Below the pieces are notes generated by a model. It was not told the DNA's origin. It made no database searches and saw nothing but the letters and a program-made list of their open reading frames with translations. DNA of 64,000 bases from Entomortierella parvispora E1425 (Eukaryota; Fungi; Mortierellomycota), in contig BQFW01000006.1 of NCBI GenBank assembly GCA_020891255.1, forward strand, positions 1 through 64,000, written 5' to 3'. Positions 60,201 through 64,000 of this stretch are shown here, in pieces; the first letter of the stretch is position 1; the number at the start of each line of letters is the position of its first letter. Made by a program: the position numbers and the translations under genes.

Positions 60201-60668
60201 GTCCTTCAGGGCCTGCTTAACATACTCCATGAATGCCTCTTTCTCCTTAACAAACTCCTCAGTCTTTTCAGTATCCGGGGTCGTGAGAGGTATGAGCGTT
60301 GGTTTCTGATCTTCAATGACTGGTGGCGCCTTATCGGTAGACTGTCCCGGGACAGGCAAACCAACAATCCTGAAGCCAAAGTGATGAAACAAGTCCATGC
60401 CAATGGTGAATGGATAGTCTTGTTCAATTACCTCATACGGGGCAGGAACTGTTCGCTCTCCACAGGTAACCTGTACACGATCCGTTTCTCCAATTCGTCT
60501 GACCACAGATTTGTCTGCCAGCCGAATTGTCCCTGAACGCACATTGACATTGATTTTGTACCTCTGTACGATGTCAGTGCTCATGAACGAATGCGTTGCT
60601 CCGGTGTCCACCAAAGCTAAGTGCCTGCTGTTCCTGAACATGACGTGGACAAATATCCTGTTGTCCAT
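57246..60668 (-). CDS. pol: Pol: protease, RT, RNase H, integrase and chromodomain (likely made by -1 frameshift from gag)
   Basis: LVDTGATHSF, CLDPRPLN, IDLRQAYH, FIDDILI, TDASNFG, TDHRAL, HHCC-type H..HFG...C..C, DLAGP, SDNGREF, GVAE, YEVEKVL...YLVKWKGY...TWEP. Confidence 0.95.
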   Translation of the reverse strand: MDNRIFVHVMFRNSRHLALVDTGATHSFMSTDIVQRYKINVNVRSGTIRLADKSVVRRIGETDRVQVTCGERTVPAPYEVIEQDYPFTIGMDLFHHFGFRIVGLPVPGQSTDKAPPVIEDQKPTLIPLTTPDTEKTEEFVKEKEAFMEYVKQALKDNADIPSTSHCSVPEMKVYLQVPKGVKLFRRPRVFAAAQIPIIDATVDGWLKDDVITLAPVGNPFNNTLTLAAKKDAEGQKRLYRVCLDPRPLNALLPDDNFPVPLISDILNFAGGNAVFTTIDLRQAYHRMPIHEADQMLTAFMHDGKQYMFKKAPFGLKPLSSLFQRGMSRILGDLPFVRNFIDDILIASKNREEHALHVKTVIERLSAAKLIINVEKCRFFATQVAVLGFVIDVNGKRVDPNKLANIDEWAPPETGAEVMSYMGTFNFFREYIPLISTIAAPLDALRNAPGRFKLDKRQLECFNALKNLLIAAPILHFADFSLPFHVATDASNFGIGAVLYQLPDGEQNPENIRYVSFVARSLQPSERNYSATQRELLAIVFALKKLHYYLWGRHFTLYTDHRALTFMHTQQEMNSMLTAWQETILDYNFKVVYRPGALNVLPDALSRQFPKDLWTDKIKGTAPDKVYGYVHLIQDKDTIRETVEESDRTTLLDDVHANGHFGANAMVKHIHAIGKTWPHLVKDCLEHVKRCRECQRTNIARKGYHPLAAIYSNLPGEHMAVDLAGPFPEESNGCRYLLVLVDVCTRFVFLRPIPDKAALTIAEVLLGIFTTIGFPRIIQSDNGREFVNEAVTTLLKKAGAEHRLVTPYHPRGNGVAENHVKTACNIIRKEIKGDKASWAQHVPMAQLAMNTRIVALHNSSPFSLFFARQYDGNSNFPRANVGAATKEELLERLQYVTDVVFPGIAAKAKETQRRMVERFNKSILLNEFADGAKVMSIDPIRGDKLAPRYEGPFTVVRKTTGGSYVLRDGTGEELKRNFAPSQLKLVLEDFEATPTYEVEKVLNHREPPGGGVEYLVKWKGYTAKDNTWEPIRNFFETKCIEDYWKTRDRPGVHSSQQLNHLTKRTKSGQAVQETDFTDSESESEEDPTGRNQEGNDSSENTTIATRTRTRSGQTQSADQTGEGAERARKEKAAHAKKRKRT

Positions 60669-62512
60669 CTTTGCGTCCTTTTTGCTTGCATTGAACTTGG
60701 TGAGTCGGATCGAGAGAAAAGGGTGATGTTTCTCCCTTTTCGAGTCAAGACTCGTTTTCTCTTCTTCTTTTTTCTCTTACTCTGCTCACCTGATTTGATG
60801 TTGTCGTCAGCATCTGGCTGTACGTCCAGCGATGAGATCATCAAATCCTCAGAAAGTGTGACCGTGCATGCAGGTGAGTTATAAATAGAAAATTGTGAGT
60901 GGGCGAGGGAGTCCTCATCGTGCAGCACATCCGGGACGAGACCGTCTCCGATGTCTTTCTCTTCGTTTCTCGGCACTGTCGCGGAAGCGATTGTCTTTTC
61001 CTCACCCCTCGTTTTTCCCATTTCTGACTCGTCATCTTCTACCACTGCAACACCATACTTCTTGTTCATTGCATCACTGTCGACTATCATGTCGACGTCT
61101 TCGTCACTTTCGTCATCTACAACAATAACACTACTCTCCCCCCTCTCGGAGGATTGTTGCTTGAAAGTAACTTTCTTGCGTCTCTTCCGTTTCCGCATAT
61201 TTTTCTCCACAGCATGCCCCTGCTCCTTGTCAACTCCATTCACAACGTTCATGACCGGGATGTCACTTGCATTAAATTCCAACAAAATATCTTCGTCTAT
61301 ATTTTTCTGCTGCGTTGTGTGGTCCATTTCTGGGTTTTCGACCGGGCCATGGATGCGTAGCAGCATGTCCTGTCGAGTTTCGGAAATCGCTTTCTCACTT
61401 TCCTGCGTTTCCCTTGTGTTGACCAGGTCTGCCTGTGGTATGGTTACAGAACTGACAATTAGTGGCACTGTGCTTGTCACTGCGTCATTGTTGTCATCGT
61501 TCTGCTCACCAGCATTGAAGTAGGGTTCGTTTCGCCTCTGGAGGCCTCTACCTCTACTACGATGCCCACGCCCGTTAGAGGCACCTCGAAAGTTGGGCTG
61601 GGTCGTCGAATGATTTCCCTGCTTGATTTTGTACACTGCGGCTGTCTCTCCGATTCTCTGAGAGTACTCCAGGTATGATTCCCCTTTTTCTCTTCCTTCA
61701 ATGGCAAACTTCTTCGCTTCAACTGACTTTTGCATTGGTGAGAGTGCAGCGCCGACGAATGCCTCCTCGCATGCTTTCCAGTCCCATTTAGCATTTGGGT
61801 TCGCCTGGACAGCAACATGGAAAGCTCGACCGACCTTCTTGTCCATGTTCGCCATGGTCAACACTCGCTGGCATGTATTGTTGAAGGTAACAACGCCCAT
61901 GTTCGCTTCACCATGTCTGCGGAGCTCGAACAGGAATTCCCGTACATTCTGAAAGAGCTTTGCGTCCGCTTTGGCAGGTAACGGTGGCAAGGTGTCTGGC
62001 GGTTCCACGGGTGAGTGGAATCGAGGACAGTCAGAGGCAAGAGTGATCTTGAGCTCAACTCCGTCCTTGCTGTACGTTGCTCCTGTGCCGGACACGGATT
62101 GTGCGTCCTCAGTCTCAGAGAGTTTCAGGTCACGCAAGATCAGCTGGAAGGCGGCTATCGCCTCTCGCTTCTCTTTCGCCTCTGCTTCAACTTCTTTGCA
62201 GCGGGCGGCTAATCCTGGGGACTTGTCGACCATACTTTTCAACAGCAGTCCGCCGTGAATGCTGGACAAGCGGCCAAGTTGAGTAGACAAGTCGAGGATG
62301 GTACGTTCTGCACTCTCCTTGGTGAGTCGTTCCGACTCTGGGATTCCAGGGTCTTCGTTAACGACCTCCATCATCGCATCGTCATCTGGTAGAATTCCTT
62401 CCACCGATTGGGGGTCGGTATCTATAGTCAAGTTGCGCATGGCTCCTTCGACTGGTGCAGCCTCTCCGACACGGGGCTGACCATTACCAATGATGTCCGA
62501 CAGTTCGGTCAT
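60617..62512 (-). CDS. gag: Gag-like protein, 631 aa
   Basis: Long ORF upstream of and overlapping pol, with a coiled-coil N-terminus and a capsid-like W..C..AF segment. No CCHC knuckle seen. Confidence 0.75.
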   Translation of the reverse strand: MTELSDIIGNGQPRVGEAAPVEGAMRNLTIDTDPQSVEGILPDDDAMMEVVNEDPGIPESERLTKESAERTILDLSTQLGRLSSIHGGLLLKSMVDKSPGLAARCKEVEAEAKEKREAIAAFQLILRDLKLSETEDAQSVSGTGATYSKDGVELKITLASDCPRFHSPVEPPDTLPPLPAKADAKLFQNVREFLFELRRHGEANMGVVTFNNTCQRVLTMANMDKKVGRAFHVAVQANPNAKWDWKACEEAFVGAALSPMQKSVEAKKFAIEGREKGESYLEYSQRIGETAAVYKIKQGNHSTTQPNFRGASNGRGHRSRGRGLQRRNEPYFNAGEQNDDNNDAVTSTVPLIVSSVTIPQADLVNTRETQESEKAISETRQDMLLRIHGPVENPEMDHTTQQKNIDEDILLEFNASDIPVMNVVNGVDKEQGHAVEKNMRKRKRRKKVTFKQQSSERGESSVIVVDDESDEDVDMIVDSDAMNKKYGVAVVEDDESEMGKTRGEEKTIASATVPRNEEKDIGDGLVPDVLHDEDSLAHSQFSIYNSPACTVTLSEDLMISSLDVQPDADDNIKSGEQSKRKKKKRKRVLTRKGRNITLFSRSDSPSSMQAKRTQRWTTGYLSTSCSGTAGT

Positions 62513-62957
62513 CTAGGGACAGATGGATGCAATTGTAGTGACGGATGGGTATCAGTTTACCGGCTAGGTCTGTTGATACGCACTGCCGTACTTTACTGTT
62601 GTCTACGGTCTTTTCCTAGGATGTCTCCCAAAAAAAATAAAAGTAGCGAGAGAATTTTTTCATCCAGGGTATCTCCCCCGCATTTTGTCCTAGACGGGCG
62701 ACCCCTCATGTGGCTTAGCTTCGATCCACATGTGATGCCTTGTTGACACTCCTGGTTCAGTTCAAACTCTCGTTCATTCCTCATCACGCCATCGGCGCAT
62801 GATCCCGGGGACCAATCAGCGATGATCTTTGTCGTGGTGATACCCATTGGAGTAGCGATGGAGGAAGTGAATCTCCATTCCTCCTTCCATTCCTTTTTCC
62901 TTCGCCCCGACTTTTTTTTTCACCATTCCTTCGTTCATTCTGCACTTTCATCACGTA

Positions 62958-63662
62958 ATGACCAAAGGACACCCTCGTCGTGCGTCTATGCGACCAACTA
63001 TGGATGGGCCGCTTTCACCTCGCCTGCCTCCTTCCCAGCCTGTTGCTGCTGACACGGTTTTGTCCGCTCATGCAGCAGTCGCTGATTCCGACGATGGTGG
63101 TGAGTCTGACGACAGCACTAAATCTGTCGCTCTCTTCCGACGGTCAAGTTCTGTGCCTCGTTCTCCTCCTCCTGAGGTAGGGACATCGACCTCGCCTTCG
63201 CACTCTATCCTGCCGTTATCGCTGACCTCGTCATCGAGTACTCCACTGTCACAGTCGGTCAGTGAGACCGTTTCATCGACTTTTGTTGCCGAAGACAACA
63301 TGGTACCTGTCGAGAACGACGATCTTACTTTTCCCTCATCTCAGATGGTCAGAGACTGGGGTGAATCGACTACTGCGGCGGCAAGACGTGCCCCCACGGT
63401 GATTGACGATGTGGAGAGTTCGTCTCAGCAGACGTTGGAGGATGTCTCCCTCCAAGCTTTGAGAGACTTGGGTCAACGTGTGGGTACTGCTTTCCACCGC
63501 AGTGCGGAGGAGCACGGCGTCGAGGGTCGTGACCACTGGACAAATGAACACGCAGCGTTAGCTTTCCAGTATTCGGCTCAATTAGCTTTCACCACGCAGC
63601 TCATTGCCAGAGGACGTCAGAAGAGAAACGTCCGTTTCTCTCCTTATACGAAAGCAACCTGA
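62958..63662 (+). CDS. Antisense ORF (234 aa) in the retrotransposon 5' internal region
   Basis: Uninterrupted ATG ORF between the 5' LTR and gag on the opposite strand. Ser/acidic-rich, with a helical C-terminus ending RGRQKRNVRFSPY. Confidence 0.5.
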   Translation: MTKGHPRRASMRPTMDGPLSPRLPPSQPVAADTVLSAHAAVADSDDGGESDDSTKSVALFRRSSSVPRSPPPEVGTSTSPSHSILPLSLTSSSSTPLSQSVSETVSSTFVAEDNMVPVENDDLTFPSSQMVRDWGESTTAAARRAPTVIDDVESSSQQTLEDVSLQALRDLGQRVGTAFHRSAEEHGVEGRDHWTNEHAALAFQYSAQLAFTTQLIARGRQKRNVRFSPYTKAT

Positions 63663-63932
63663 TAGATCTTCCAAGTGCACGATTGTAATAAAATGGGTGT
63701 CTTCATTGCATTTTGACTGTGCAACGTAGATCATCGTGTGGGCGCAACTAGTGCATCGTCGCGTACAGGGTGAACAACTCATTCCCTGAACTGTACTGAA
63801 TATCGACGATATCTCATGCAGCGTGGACTTTCGGGTCCTCCACTGATGGACTGTATTTCCACTACTAGAACGCATCCGTTTCCACGGTGTTTCCGAGTGT
63901 AGATCCTCTCTTTTCAAACTCAATTAAAAAAA

Positions 63933-64000
63933 TGAAATGTTTTGGTACTCACAAGAAGTAATTGGGACAAAGAGAAGGATCTGAACTGACCCCTCTGTCT
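63933..64000 (-). repeat. 5' LTR, partial
   Basis: Identical to 56781-56848. Confidence 0.9.

Larger units (their letters stand above)
56781..64000 (-). mobile_element. Ty3/Gypsy chromodomain LTR retrotransposon (5' LTR runs off the window)
   Basis: Intact gag and pol. The 68 bp visible at 63933-64000 are identical to 56781-56848. Confidence 0.95.

Noticed and set aside
57513-62480. Plus-strand ORFs within gag/pol
   Set aside because: Antisense shadows of the retroelement genes.
63582-63923. Cys-containing sense ORF in the Ty3 leader
   Set aside because: Non-ATG start, short, overlaps the antisense ORF, and no recognisable domain.

Overview
Eukaryotic, transposon-rich and gene-poor DNA. 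GT-AG introns with CTAAC-type branch points and a Crinkler-family gene suggest an early-diverging fungus, probably Mortierellaceae (inference). Main contents: (1) an intact five-exon gene (54621-50281, minus strand, about 1316 aa) fusing an XPG/FEN1-type PIN 5' nuclease to a Fanzor/TnpB-type RuvC plus zinc-ribbon module. A nested stem-loop with a C(UUCG)G tetraloop lies just downstream (omegaRNA candidate), and a decayed Mutator transposase gene lies head-to-head upstream. (2) A complete 8662-bp Mutator-like element (30395-39056) with 140-bp TIRs and a 9-bp TSD. Its transposase carries GCM-like, DDE, USP-like protease and PARP-type zinc-finger modules, and a 403-bp MITE of the same family sits next to it. 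(3) A young chromodomain Ty3/Gypsy element inserted into the second Mutator transposase. (4) A Crinkler NTPase/REase gene. (5) Three small secreted-protein genes, one resembling bacterial shufflon PilV adhesins and one a Cys-rich tandem-repeat precursor. (6) LINE and Ty3 remnants, dispersed repeats and micro/minisatellites. All domain calls come from motif recognition by eye; no database search was run. Several 1-bp frameshifts fall in short runs and could be assembly errors.
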